Origin: an uncultured Spirochaetota bacterium
GTDB lineage: Bacteria > Spirochaetota > Spirochaetia > SZUA-6 > Fen-1364
NCBI GenBank assembly: GCA_963745235.1
Contig: CAVUXE010000037.1
Span: 64,001 to 128,000 of the forward strand
Reading direction: 5' to 3'
Length of the DNA stretch: 64,000 nt
Positions within the stretch are counted from its first letter, which is position 1, and each line of letters begins with the position of its first letter. A model generated the notes under the pieces. It was given only the letters and a program-made list of their open reading frames with translations, was not told where the DNA came from and made no database searches. Positions 11,197 to 21,194 of the stretch are shown here, one piece after another. The position numbers and the translations under genes are program-made.

Positions 11197-13279
11197 GTCC
11201 TTCCTCCTTCGTCACTCGGCGGGCCGAACCGGCATGGCGGTGAATGCGCACGGTGAAGCACGCCCCGCCGGTGGGGTTGTTGGCTGCCTGGATGGTCCCT
11301 CCGTGCATCTTCACAATGCCGTAGCAGACCGACAGACCGAGGCCGGTGCCTTTCCCGACCTTCTTCGTGGTGAAAAAGGGCGAGAACATCTTGGGCAGGT
11401 TCTCCTCCGGGATTCCGGGGCCGGTGTCGGAGACAGTGACCACAAACTCTCCGTCCCCGCTCTCCGTGGACACGTGGATCAGCCCCCCGCCGGGCATGGC
11501 CTCCACCGCATTCTTCAACAGGTTGTCGAACACCTGGCGCAGCTGTCCGCCGTCCACCTGCTCCGGCGGAAGCGATGGGTCCAGCGCGAACTCTATCCGG
11601 AATTTCCCGTTTGGTGAAGTTCCCAGGATTTCCCTCGCGGAGCTCTGCACCAGGGCGTTGATATCGGCGGGAGCGCGCTCCACCTTCTCCTCCCGCGCGA
11701 AGTTCAGGATGCCGCGCACGATCGTCGCGTGCGTTCCGCCTCCGCGATGATCCGGTCCAGGTCCTCGCGGCTTTTCGCCGCGGCCCCCGCATCCGCGGCG
11801 CCAGCCCCCACCCCGTCGGGGGCGCCGGCCCCGGCCCTGACGGCGGTGTCGGCCCCGGCATTCGCGTCCTCAAGCTCATCCTTCAGCAGGTGGGAGTACA
11901 TGAGCACGACGCCCAGGGGGTTGTTGATCTCGTGCGCGATCCCCGCCGCCATCTGGCCCATGGAGGCCAGCTTCTCCGCCTGGATCAGCCGGGCCTGGTT
12001 TTCCGTGAGGTCCTTCATGGCCTTCTCGATGCGGGAGATCAGGTACGGCAGGCACATCTCCACCTCGGCCTTGCCGCGATACACGGCCTCCGCCTTCTGC
12101 CGGCAGGAGGGATAGCCGCAGGCGCCGCAGTTCAGCTCGTCCGCGGGGGTGTTCTTCCCCGTGAGGGCCAGGATCCGGCGGATCTCCTCTTCGGGGGCCG
12201 GCAGCTCTTCCCGCATGACCGGGTGGAATGTCTTCGCAAGGTCCATGTCCAGGTAGTCCGCGTGCTGGGCGGCCCACTCCTCGACGTCCCGCGTGCACGG
12301 CCTGTCCTGCAGGTAGCGACGACGTACTTCTTTCTCTCGAAGAAGGTGAGGTCGTTCACCATGACCGGCCCGCCGATGCATCCCTCGCAGAAAAGAAGGT
12401 CGAACAGGCGATACGTGGTGCCTTCTCCGCTCTTCACGCGGTCCGAGAGCACGCGCAGGATCTCCATCACCCGGTCCTGGCCTTCCACGACATAGACGGG
12501 ACTTTCCAGGAGGTCGTCGTCAATGGCGGCGGCCTTCAGGAGCCCGCCCGTCACCGGGTAGATCCGGCCGAGGTTCGCGTGAGGGGGGAGAAAGTCGACG
12601 GGGGCCGCTGACCGCGGATCGATTGCGGAATCAGCGAACAGCTCGACCAGCTCGGAGAAGGTGAGGACGGCGTCCACCTCTCCCGAGCGCCACGCCTCCA
12701 CTTTCTTGGCCACGCAGGGACCGATGAAGACAACTTTCGCCTCCGGGTCGATCTTCTGCCGGACCAGGCGCGCCGTGGCCTCCATGGGAGACACGATGGC
12801 CGCCAGGTGCGGCGTCAGCTCGGGGAGCATCTTCTCCACGTACTGCACCACCGCGGGGCAGGGAGTGGAGATGAGGAAGTCCTCTGGATTCTTCTCCAAC
12901 AGCTCGTGGAAGGTCTTGAAGTACCGGTAGGAGACGAGGTCGGCGCCGAAGGCGACCTCGAAGACGCCGTCGAACCCCGCTTCCTGCAGGGCCCCGACGA
13001 GGCGCCCGGGGGGAGGTTCAGGAAAGCGGCGGGGAACGAGGGGGCAAGGAGCGCGTACTTTTTTCCCGGACCTCCCAGGATGGCTTTCACGCCGCCGAGG
13101 GAAGAGGTGACGCGCTTGGCCCCCTGGGAGCAGACATTCACGCAATAGCCGCAGGAGATGCAGAAGTCCTCTATGATCTCCGCCTGCCCCCCGCGGACCT
13201 GCAGCGCCTTGGTGGGGCAGGAACGGACGCAGGAGTAGCACTTCTTGCAGATCTCTCCGACCGTATAGACCGATACCAT
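11174..13279 (-). CDS. sensory (group C1-type) [FeFe]-hydrogenase fused to a histidine kinase; frameshifts near 13010, 12320 and 11725
   Basis: N-terminal 2x[4Fe-4S] ([23 protein letters not shown]); H-cluster motifs [25 protein letters not shown]; FeS domain [10 protein letters not shown]...EMC; AHEINNPL; [25 protein letters not shown]. Confidence 0.88.
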
Positions 13280-13286
13280 GGTTCCC

Positions 13287-15012
13287 CTACCTGCTCGCCG
13301 CCCGCGGCGCGTAGCCCGTGTGCAGGAGCTCGTGCGCCTTGTGGGACCCGGGCTTTCCGAAGAACTCCTTGTAGACCTCCGTGATGGCGGGGTTCTTGTA
13401 CGAGAGCCGGATCGTTCTGCCCTTGTCCAGAGCGTAGATGGATGAGATCCTCTTCTCAATCCTCTGCGGGATCGTAGCCGAACATCTGGCCGCCTCCGCC
13501 CGCGCACCCGCCGGGGCATGCCATGATCTCGATGAAGTCCCAGGGCGCGTCTCCCGCTTTCACCCTCTCCGCGATGAGGCGCGCGTTGGAGAGTCGGTTT
13601 GCAATCGCGATCTTCAGGGTGCGATCCCCGACGGTGACATTTGCCTCCTTCACGCCCGCCATGCCCCGCACGTCCTCGAACTCCACCTTTGCGAGGTCCT
13701 TGCCGGTGAGCAGGTGGTAGGCGGTGCGGAGGGCGGACTCCATGACGCCGCCGGATGCCGCAAAGATGTCCCCCGAGCCCGTGGGGGCCCCGAAGGGCCG
13801 GTCGTACTCCTCGTCGGAGAGGCTGGCGAACTCGATGCCGAAAATCTGCATCATGCGGTTGAACTGCCGCGTGGTCAGCACCGCATCCACGTCCGCAACG
13901 CCCCGCTCGGAGGACAGCTCGGGCCGCCCTGCCTCGAACTTCTTGGCGGTGCACGGCATGACGGAGACCACGAAGATGTCCTTGGGATCGATGTTCTGCT
14001 TCTGCGCCAGGTAGCTCTTGATGGTGGCCCCCATCATCTCCTGCGGGCTCTTGCACGTGGAGATGCGGGGAAGGAGCTCGGGGTAGTAGTGCTCGGCGTA
14101 CTTGACCCATGCCGGGCAGCAGGAGGTGAACAGGGGAAGCTTCTCTCCCTTCGTTATCTTGTTCACCAGCTCGGTGCCCTCCTCCATGATCGTGAGGTCT
14201 GCCGCGAAGTCCGTGTCGAAGATCTGGCGGAACCCCATGCGCCGCAGGGCTGCGGCAACCTTGCCGGTGACGTTGGTCCCGACAGGCAGGCCGTAGAAGT
14301 CCCCCAGGGACACGCGGATGGCCGGGGCCACTTGCGCCACGATGTACTTCTTTCCCTCCTGCATGGTCATCATCACTTTTTCCACCGCCCGCACCTCGTG
14401 CAGCGCCCCGGTGGGGCAGGCCAGCGTGCACTGCCCGCAGTTGACGCAGCTCGTTTCAGAAAGGTCCTTCTCGAACGGGGGAAGGACCATGGTGTCGAAT
14501 CCGCGATGGGTGAAGTCGATTGCCGCCACGCCCTGGATCTCCTCGCAGATGCGCACGCACCTGCCGCACAGGATGCACTTGTCGGGCTCCCGGATGATCG
14601 AGGGGGAGGAGAAGTCCGTGTAGTGATGACGCGTCTTTCCCTGGAAGGGGACCCTGTCGATGCCGTACTCGGAGGCCAGGGACTGCAGCTCGCAGTAGCC
14701 GTTCTTCGGGCAGGTGAGGCAATCGAAGGGATGGCTTGCCAGCAGGAGCTCGATGATGGTCCTGCGGGCCGTGATCACCCGCGGACTGCGGGTCTGGATG
14801 TCCATGCCTTCTTCGGCGGGGAACGCGCAGGACGGGGTGAGGTTCGGCTTTCCCTTGACCTCCACGACGCACATCCTGCAGGCGCCGCTGGGAAACATTT
14901 CCTTGATATGGCAGAGGGTGGGGATCTTCTCCCCCGCCTCCTGCGCGGCCTCGAGGATGGAGCAGCCGGGCTTCCCCTGGATCTTCCTGTTGTTGATTGT
15001 CAGATTGATCAT
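13287..15012 (-). CDS. hydA: catalytic [FeFe]-hydrogenase subunit (group A3), frameshift near 13455
   Basis: TSCCPAW, MPCTAKKFE, EIMACPGGCAGGGGQ; N-terminal 2Fe-2S, His-ligated 4Fe-4S and 2x4Fe-4S; C-terminal KAHELLHTGY lies in the shifted frame. Confidence 0.95.
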
Positions 15013-15026
15013 GATGTTCCTCTCCC

Positions 15027-16850
15027 TCAGCTCACCAGCACGGAGTCGAACCTGCACACGTCACGGCAGGTGCCGCACCTGATGCACTTCTCGTCCACGA
15101 TGTAGTGCGTCTTCTTCTTTTCCCCGACAATGGCGCCCGTGGGGCACTTCTTCGCGCACACGGTGCATCCGGTGCAGGCGTTGGTGTCGATGGTGAAAGT
15201 GAGGAGGCCCTTGCACTGGTGCGCGGGGCACTTGCGGTCATAGATGTGCGCGTCGTACTCGCTCTTGAAGAAGCGAAGCGTGGAGAGGACCGGGTTCGGC
15301 GCCGACTGTCCCAGCCCGCACAGCGAGGTGTCCTTGATGACCTGCGCGAGGGACTCCATGTTGAGCACCCGGTTGAAGCGCAGGAGGTTCTCCTCCTCCC
15401 CGCGCATCTTGGAATAGGGAGAAACGATGGAATCCAGGACCTCGTAGAGCCTCTGCGTTCCTTCCCGGCAGGGGATGCACTTGCCGCAGGACTCCGAGGT
15501 GATGAAGCTCAGGAAGTAGCGGGCCATGTCCACCATGCAGGTGTCCTGGTCCATGACCACGAGGCCTCCGGATCCCATGATCGTGCCCAGCGTCTTCAGC
15601 GACTCATAGTCGATCTGGGTGTCCAGGTGCTGCGCCGGGATGCACCCGCCGGAAGGACCGCCGATCTGGACGGCCTTGAACTCCTTGCCGTCCGGAATCC
15701 CGCCCCCGATATCGAAGACGATCTCCCGCAGGGTCATGCCCATGGGGACCTCGACGAGGCCCGTGTTCACCACCTTGCCGGTGAGGGCGAAGACCTTCGT
15801 GCCCTTCGACGTTGCGGTTCCCATGGCGGCAAACTTTTCAGCGCCCTCCCGCATGATGTGGGAGACGTTGGCCATGGTTTCCACGTTGTTGACGATGGTG
15901 GGTTTCTGGAACAACCCCGCCACGGAAGGAAACGGCGGACGGGGTCGCGGCATGCCGCGGCGGCCCTCCACGGAGGCCATGAGCGCGGTCTCTTCCCCGC
16001 ACACGAAGGCCCCGGCTCCCTTTTTCACCCGCAGCTTGAACTGGAAGCCGCGTTCCCCGACGGGCTTTTCCAGGAGGCCCTCCGCCTTGAGAACGTTGAT
16101 TGCCTTGTTGATGCGCTCGATTGCCAGGGGGTACTCCGCCCTGCAGTAGATGATCCCTTCGTCGGCCCCGATGGCGTAGCCGGCCGTCATCATGCCTTCC
16201 AGGACGGCGTAGACGTCTCCCTCGAGGATTGAGCGGTCCATGAAGGCACCCGGGTCGCCCTCATCCGCGTTGCAGATCACGTACTTCTTCGCGTTCTTTT
16301 CCCGCAGGGCGAGCTCCCACTTCTTGCCCGTGAGGAACCCGCTCCCGCCCCTTCCGCGGAGCCCGGACCGGGTGATCTCCTGGACCACCTCTTCGGGGGT
16401 CATCCCGAGGGCGCGCTTGAAACCCTGGAACCCGCCCATGGCGCGGTAGTCCGCAATGGACTCCGGGTCTATCACGCCGCAGTTGCGCAGGACGTACTTC
16501 ACCTGCTTGCGGAAGTAGGGGTGCTCGTCGATCATAGGAATGCCCGGCAGCGGCTCCTTGCCGTTCTTGAACTGGCCGAGCAGCCCGTCCAGCTTGTAGT
16601 TCCTGCGGACGAAGACCTCATCCAGGATGAAGCCGGCAACATCCGGGGTGACATTGCTGTACGAGACGCGGTGCCCCGAATCCGTCACCACGTCCATGAT
16701 GGGTTCAGCCTTGCAGTAGCCGATGCATCCCGTCGGTGTGATCTCCATCTTTATCCCGCGCGTCGCGGCCCACTTCTCCACCGCCGTCCTGACCTGGCCC
16801 GCCCCGGTGGCAAGACCGCACGTCCCCATGCCGATGAAAACCCTGCTCAT
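15027..16850 (-). CDS. hydB: NuoF-like FMN/NADH subunit of a bifurcating hydrogenase
   Basis: SGLRGRGGSGF, CNADEGDPGAFMDR, GAGAFVCGEETAL, ESCGKCIPCREG, C-terminal 2x4Fe-4S. Confidence 0.95.
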   Translation of the reverse strand: MSRVFIGMGTCGLATGAGQVRTAVEKWAATRGIKMEITPTGCIGYCKAEPIMDVVTDSGHRVSYSNVTPDVAGFILDEVFVRRNYKLDGLLGQFKNGKEPLPGIPMIDEHPYFRKQVKYVLRNCGVIDPESIADYRAMGGFQGFKRALGMTPEEVVQEITRSGLRGRGGSGFLTGKKWELALREKNAKKYVICNADEGDPGAFMDRSILEGDVYAVLEGMMTAGYAIGADEGIIYCRAEYPLAIERINKAINVLKAEGLLEKPVGERGFQFKLRVKKGAGAFVCGEETALMASVEGRRGMPRPRPPFPSVAGLFQKPTIVNNVETMANVSHIMREGAEKFAAMGTATSKGTKVFALTGKVVNTGLVEVPMGMTLREIVFDIGGGIPDGKEFKAVQIGGPSGGCIPAQHLDTQIDYESLKTLGTIMGSGGLVVMDQDTCMVDMARYFLSFITSESCGKCIPCREGTQRLYEVLDSIVSPYSKMRGEEENLLRFNRVLNMESLAQVIKDTSLCGLGQSAPNPVLSTLRFFKSEYDAHIYDRKCPAHQCKGLLTFTIDTNACTGCTVCAKKCPTGAIVGEKKKTHYIVDEKCIRCGTCRDVCRFDSVLVS

Positions 16851-17338
16851 TCCTCGACCCTCCCCGCAGCGCGGAACTTTTCAACGAGCGCCTCGAGCTT
16901 CTTCTTGTCCAGCCTTCCAAAGAACTTCCCGTTCGCCATGATGACGGGGGCAATGGAGCAGCAGCCGAGGCACGCCACCGTCTCCAGGGAAAAAAGGCCG
17001 TCCTTCGTCGTCTGCCCCACGTCGATCCCGAGCAGCGTCTTCACGGAGTCAAGGAGGTTGAGCGAGCCTTTCACGTGACAGGCCGTCCCTCTGCACACGG
17101 AAATCTGGATGCTGCCCGGCGCGTTCAGGCGAAACTGGTTGTAGAAGGTGGCTACACCAAAGATCTTCGAGGAGGGAAGGCCAAGGTAACCCGAGATCCT
17201 GTCAATGCTTTCCCGTGACAGGTAACCGTACTCCTCCTGCACTTCCTGGAGGATGGAGATGAGGTGCTCTCTCTGGGCGGGATATTTGGACATCACCTCG
17301 TCAAAGCTTCTTTTCTTCTGGGTTGTTTCCATGACCAC
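16847..17338 (-). CDS. hydC: NuoE-like 2Fe-2S subunit of a bifurcating hydrogenase
   Basis: GVATFYNQF, VCRGTACHVKG, VACLGCCSIAP. Confidence 0.94.
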   Translation of the reverse strand: MVMETTQKKRSFDEVMSKYPAQREHLISILQEVQEEYGYLSRESIDRISGYLGLPSSKIFGVATFYNQFRLNAPGSIQISVCRGTACHVKGSLNLLDSVKTLLGIDVGQTTKDGLFSLETVACLGCCSIAPVIMANGKFFGRLDKKKLEALVEKFRAAGRVEE

Positions 17339-17381
17339 TCCTTCGATCTCCCGTTCGCAGCAATGCCGACGCAGGTCTATA

Positions 17382-17399
17382 TTGTGAATCTATTCACTA
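17382..17399. promoter_or_regulatory. Rex operator upstream of hydCBA
   Basis: TTGTGAATCTATTCACTA versus consensus TTGTGAA-N4-TTCACAA (1 mismatch). A weaker candidate TCGTGAAGGAAATGTCAA lies at 17415-17432. Confidence 0.8.
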
Positions 17400-17403
17400 T
17401 AAA

Positions 17404-17432
17404 TGAGTACCATCTCGTGAAGGAAATGTCAA
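17404..17432 (-). promoter_or_regulatory. candidate hydC promoter TTGACA-17-TACTCA with TGn extension
   Basis: Perfect -35 and weak -10; lies immediately upstream of the Rex box. Confidence 0.45.
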
Positions 17433-17522
17433 TATCCTGAGCGTAGATCCTTTCTTTTTGGTACGATTGGTTTTGGGCTGATATTTCAGGAAGTTTCAGG
17501 ACTAAAAACTCCAAATAATGCA

Positions 17523-17550
17523 TTGACCCCAGATCATTATCTGCTACAAT
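17523..17550 (+). promoter_or_regulatory. promoter of the partner-switching operon, TTGACC-16-TACAAT with TGn extension
   Basis: Near-consensus -35 and extended -10, followed by a GAGGAGG RBS before the ATG at 17601. Confidence 0.6.
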
Positions 17551-17600
17551 GGCCCGATTTCCGTGGAGTAAAATCCGCCCAGCTTCGAGGAGGACCACAG

Positions 17601-18872
17601 ATGGCGGCGAGAAGTGTCTCGATCAAGACAAGAATTACCCTCACGCTGGTGCTTTTTCCCCTTGTCTCCCTGGTCGTGGTGGGCGCCATAGCGCTCTTCC
17701 AGAACAGGGACTCCTTGAGCTCCCAGGCGGAAAGCAACCTGGAGAGGACGCTGAGGGTGAAGACCGAAGCGTATGATCTCATCTTCCAGAGGGTCCAGCA
17801 GGAGGCGGATGGGGCCGCCCGCTTTGCAGCGCTGACCTATGCCTCCCCGGTTTCCCCCTCCAACGCGCCGCGCCGCCTTCTCATGCCGTGGACAGGGACA
17901 GGCTACGGAGACAACGAGATGCGGCGGAGCCTCAACGGGGACATCCTGCGGCTCCAGGAGATCGGCAAGGCGCTCCAGGCCACGGTGGCCAGCAACTCCT
18001 ACCTCACCCTCGGATACATGGCCACCGAAAGCGGCATCACCGTTTTCGACAACGAGAAAGTTGTCGACGTCATCGAGGCAATCAAGGGCTTCGATCCCCG
18101 CTCCCGACCGTGGTACAAGATGGTGAAAGGCAGCGGCCGGCCCGCGTGGACGGACTTGTACGTGGATGCCAACACGAAGAAGCTCACCGTGACCGCCGCT
18201 TCCCCCGTGCGGGACGCCGCGGGGGCCTTCGTGGGAGTGGTCGGGCTGGACGTGCTGCTGGAAACCCTCCAGAGGGATATCATCACCATCGATATCGGGT
18301 ACGCCAACGAGCCTTTCATGATCAACTCCCAGGGCAAGGTCATTGTCCGCAGGGGGATGGATGAGAAAGGCACCGCGTGGGACAAGACATACAAAACCGA
18401 CAACCTGCTGGAGGCGCCCAACAAGGCGTTTACCGCCATCATCCATCGCATGGTCGCCGGCGAGTCGGGAATCAGCGGCTATCGTGAGAGCGACGGGACC
18501 CTGAGCTACCTGGCCTTTGCGCCCATTCCCACCGTCGGCTCCAGCGTGGGCGTCATTGTGCCTGCCCGGGAGATCGTGCAGCCCGTGCAGGACAGCGGCA
18601 AGCTCCTGATCATCGTGCTCGCCATCTTCATGGTCGTGGCCGTCGGAGTCGGGATCCTGCTCGCCAACCAGGTCACCCGGCCCATCGAAGAGCTCACGGT
18701 CCTCATGGACAAGGCAAGCAAGGGCCTCGTGGAGATGGACGAGATTCCCATCCGCCGCCTGGACGAGGTTGGCATGCTGGCGCAATCCTTCAACCGCATG
18801 GTGGCAAACCTCGCCACGGTGATGCGGGAGCTGGAGCAGCGGGAGTCTTCGAAGGAAGAGACGCAGGAATGA
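17601..18872 (+). CDS. Cache-HAMP membrane sensor with no cytoplasmic output domain
   Basis: TM1; dCache motif FDPRSRPWY...WTDLYVDA...GVVGLD; TM2; HAMP (RPIEEL...DEVGMLAQSFNRM); then stop. Confidence 0.88.
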   Translation: MAARSVSIKTRITLTLVLFPLVSLVVVGAIALFQNRDSLSSQAESNLERTLRVKTEAYDLIFQRVQQEADGAARFAALTYASPVSPSNAPRRLLMPWTGTGYGDNEMRRSLNGDILRLQEIGKALQATVASNSYLTLGYMATESGITVFDNEKVVDVIEAIKGFDPRSRPWYKMVKGSGRPAWTDLYVDANTKKLTVTAASPVRDAAGAFVGVVGLDVLLETLQRDIITIDIGYANEPFMINSQGKVIVRRGMDEKGTAWDKTYKTDNLLEAPNKAFTAIIHRMVAGESGISGYRESDGTLSYLAFAPIPTVGSSVGVIVPAREIVQPVQDSGKLLIIVLAIFMVVAVGVGILLANQVTRPIEELTVLMDKASKGLVEMDEIPIRRLDEVGMLAQSFNRMVANLATVMRELEQRESSKEETQE

Positions 18873-20782
18873 ATCTCTTCATCCTCTGGGCGAAGCTCTT
18901 CCTGTCGCTGTCCCTGCTGATCCTGCTGGCCGCGCTGGCGCGAAGGCGGATGCTTCCCGGCCTGGGGCTCCTGGCGGCCCTGTTCGCGCTGCTCGCGGTC
19001 CGGGATGTCGCGTACAGCGTCTTCCCCAATCCTCTCCTGATACCGCTTTCGGATATCCCCGTCCTTGCGCTGCTTCTCGTCTGGTCACGGGTCGTCACCG
19101 GCGCCTGGCCCGCGGACAGGATCTACCTCGGCGTGAACGGCGCCTTCCTGGCCGGGGCGGTCCTTGCGTTGTTCTTCCCGCTTGTCACCCTGAACCCCTT
19201 TGCAGTCGGCCTCTTCCTGCTGGCGGACGTGGTGTATGTCGCCATTTCGATCGGCCTGGTGTCCCAGTACACGGCACAGAACGCGGCGCTCATTTTTCGA
19301 ACCAGGTTCATCCTGATCTCCGCCCTGTTCATCTCGCACGTGATCACGCTGCTCTACGGCTACGAAGGCCTGTGGGTGCACTGGGTGGTCCTTCCGCTCA
19401 CCTACCTCGCCTACGGCTCCACGCTCCTGGCCTATGAGCGTTTCACGAACGAGGAGCAGGAGAAGTCCATCCAGTTCTTCTCCTCGAACCTGGATTCCAC
19501 CTACGCGTTCATGGAAAACCTGGGAGGCGCCATCACGGCAAAGATCGACCTCCCGCGCGTCATGGAGATCATCATAGATTCAGCGGTCCGCGGCATCGGC
19601 GCGGACGCCGGTGCCATCCTCATGGTGGACGAGTACCAGGACGTGCTGCGCGTGCGGTCCACCTACGGCATCTACCCCCCGCTCCTTCCCGTGCCGGACC
19701 TCGCCAAAGTGAGAACCAGCAGCCTGAAGCAGCACTTCCGCGACACGCCCATCCCCATCGGGGCAACCGTGCTCGGCGAAGCGGTGAAGAGCGGGCTGTC
19801 AGTGATGATCCGGGATTGCCGTGAGGATCCCCGCATGGGGCAGAACGTGAAGGACGACATCCTTTTTGTCAGCTCCCTCCTCGCCATCCCCCTCGTTGTC
19901 GGCAACCGGGTCCTTGGCGTCATCTCCGCCCTGAAGAGGGCGGAGAACCAGCACTTCACCGACCTGGATTTCCAGCACCTGAAGACCTTCGCGGACTACG
20001 CCTCCATCACCATTGACAACCTCTATACCTACCTGGAGGTCCTGGAAAAGCGCCAGATGGAGAAAGAGGTCGAAATAGCCGCGCAGATCCAGAAGCGCCT
20101 CCTGCCCGCCGAGCTTCCCCAGCTTCCCCTGGCGTCCCTGGCCGTGCACAGCCTGCCGGCGCGCGGCGTGAGCGGAGACTACTATGACGTGCTCCCTCTG
20201 GACGGGGACAAGGTGGCGCTCGTCATCTGCGACGTGGCGGGCAAGGGGATACCCGCGGCCATGGTCATGGTGATGATCCGCTCCATCGTTCACCTCCTGG
20301 TCACTCCCGGGAGGGACGCCGCCGCCACGCTCACCGAGATCAACCAGGGCATCACGGGGCGCATAGAGATCGACCATTTCGCGACCATCGGGGTGCTCAT
20401 CTATGACCAGGGCCGCCGGGAAGCACAGTACGCGAACGCCGCCCACCTGCCCCTCATGGTCTACCGCCATCGGACCGGTACCCTGGGGAAGCTGGATGCG
20501 AAGGGGCTTCCCATCGGGGTGGAACGCGACGCATCCTACGAGCTGAAGAACCTGCGCGTCGAGCCGGGGGACGTGCTCGTGCTCTGCACGGACGGGATCA
20601 TCGAGGCAATGAACGCGGACGGCCAGCAGTATACCCTGGGACGGCTGAAGGCCGTCATCGAGAAGAGCGCCGCCGCCGGGGCGGAGAAGCTCGTGGAGGC
20701 CATCCGGCGCGACGTGGACGCTCACGTGGGAGCGGCGCGCCAGCACGACGACCAGACGCTTCTGCTCCTGCAGGTCCGGTAG
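18869..20782 (+). CDS. multi-TM GAF-SpoIIE (PP2C/RsbU-like) phosphatase
   Basis: About 6-7 N-terminal TMs; GAF (SLLAIPL..GNRVLGVI...F...D); AAQIQKRLLP, VSGDYYD, CDVAGKG, CTDGIIEA, HDDQT. Confidence 0.92.
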   Translation: MNLFILWAKLFLSLSLLILLAALARRRMLPGLGLLAALFALLAVRDVAYSVFPNPLLIPLSDIPVLALLLVWSRVVTGAWPADRIYLGVNGAFLAGAVLALFFPLVTLNPFAVGLFLLADVVYVAISIGLVSQYTAQNAALIFRTRFILISALFISHVITLLYGYEGLWVHWVVLPLTYLAYGSTLLAYERFTNEEQEKSIQFFSSNLDSTYAFMENLGGAITAKIDLPRVMEIIIDSAVRGIGADAGAILMVDEYQDVLRVRSTYGIYPPLLPVPDLAKVRTSSLKQHFRDTPIPIGATVLGEAVKSGLSVMIRDCREDPRMGQNVKDDILFVSSLLAIPLVVGNRVLGVISALKRAENQHFTDLDFQHLKTFADYASITIDNLYTYLEVLEKRQMEKEVEIAAQIQKRLLPAELPQLPLASLAVHSLPARGVSGDYYDVLPLDGDKVALVICDVAGKGIPAAMVMVMIRSIVHLLVTPGRDAAATLTEINQGITGRIEIDHFATIGVLIYDQGRREAQYANAAHLPLMVYRHRTGTLGKLDAKGLPIGVERDASYELKNLRVEPGDVLVLCTDGIIEAMNADGQQYTLGRLKAVIEKSAAAGAEKLVEAIRRDVDAHVGAARQHDDQTLLLLQVR

Positions 20783-20807
20783 AAGAGGGGTGAGTGTGAA
20801 CTCAGTC

Positions 20808-21194
20808 ATGGAACTGAAGCTGCGCAAGGCGGGGCCGATCTACGTCATTGACGTGATCGGGGAGATGGACCTGTACAACGCGTTCAAGCTCAAGGACCTC
20901 GTGCGGAAGATGGTGGATAGCAACGTGGCCAGCTTCATCCTCAACCTGGAGCACGTCTCGTACATGGACTCAAGCGGCATCGGCTCTCTCCTGTACGTGC
21001 ACTCCGAGCTGAAGAAGAAGGGCCTTCCGCTGCGCATCGTGGGAGTGACAGGCAGCGTACGGAAGGTCATCGAGCTGACCAAGCTCATGGAATACTTTCC
21101 CATTGTCGGCGGACTTGAACACCGCCTTGCAGCAGTTGAAACCCAAGACATAGAGGAAGCGTATGGAAGAGATGAGAGCGATCCTGGTGGATGA
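20808..21194 (+). CDS. STAS anti-anti-sigma factor (RsbV/SpoIIAA-like); likely true stop at 21153 after an indel
   Basis: GEMDLYNA and VSYMDSSGIG phospho-Ser motif. Confidence 0.9.
   Translation: MELKLRKAGPIYVIDVIGEMDLYNAFKLKDLVRKMVDSNVASFILNLEHVSYMDSSGIGSLLYVHSELKKKGLPLRIVGVTGSVRKVIELTKLMEYFPIVGGLEHRLAAVETQDIEEAYGRDESDPGG

Noticed and set aside
12815-14431. 538-aa ORF suggesting a HydA-sensor fusion
   Set aside because: It is off-frame over hydA. HydA ends at a TAG (13287) and the sensor has its own RBS and ATG (13279).
15027-17338. nuoE/nuoF of respiratory complex I
   Set aside because: They sit next to an H-cluster HydA with no other nuo genes, so they are HydB and HydC.
17377-17598. 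73-aa minus-strand ORF
   Set aside because: AT-rich intergenic DNA that overlaps promoters and the Rex box, with atypical codon usage.
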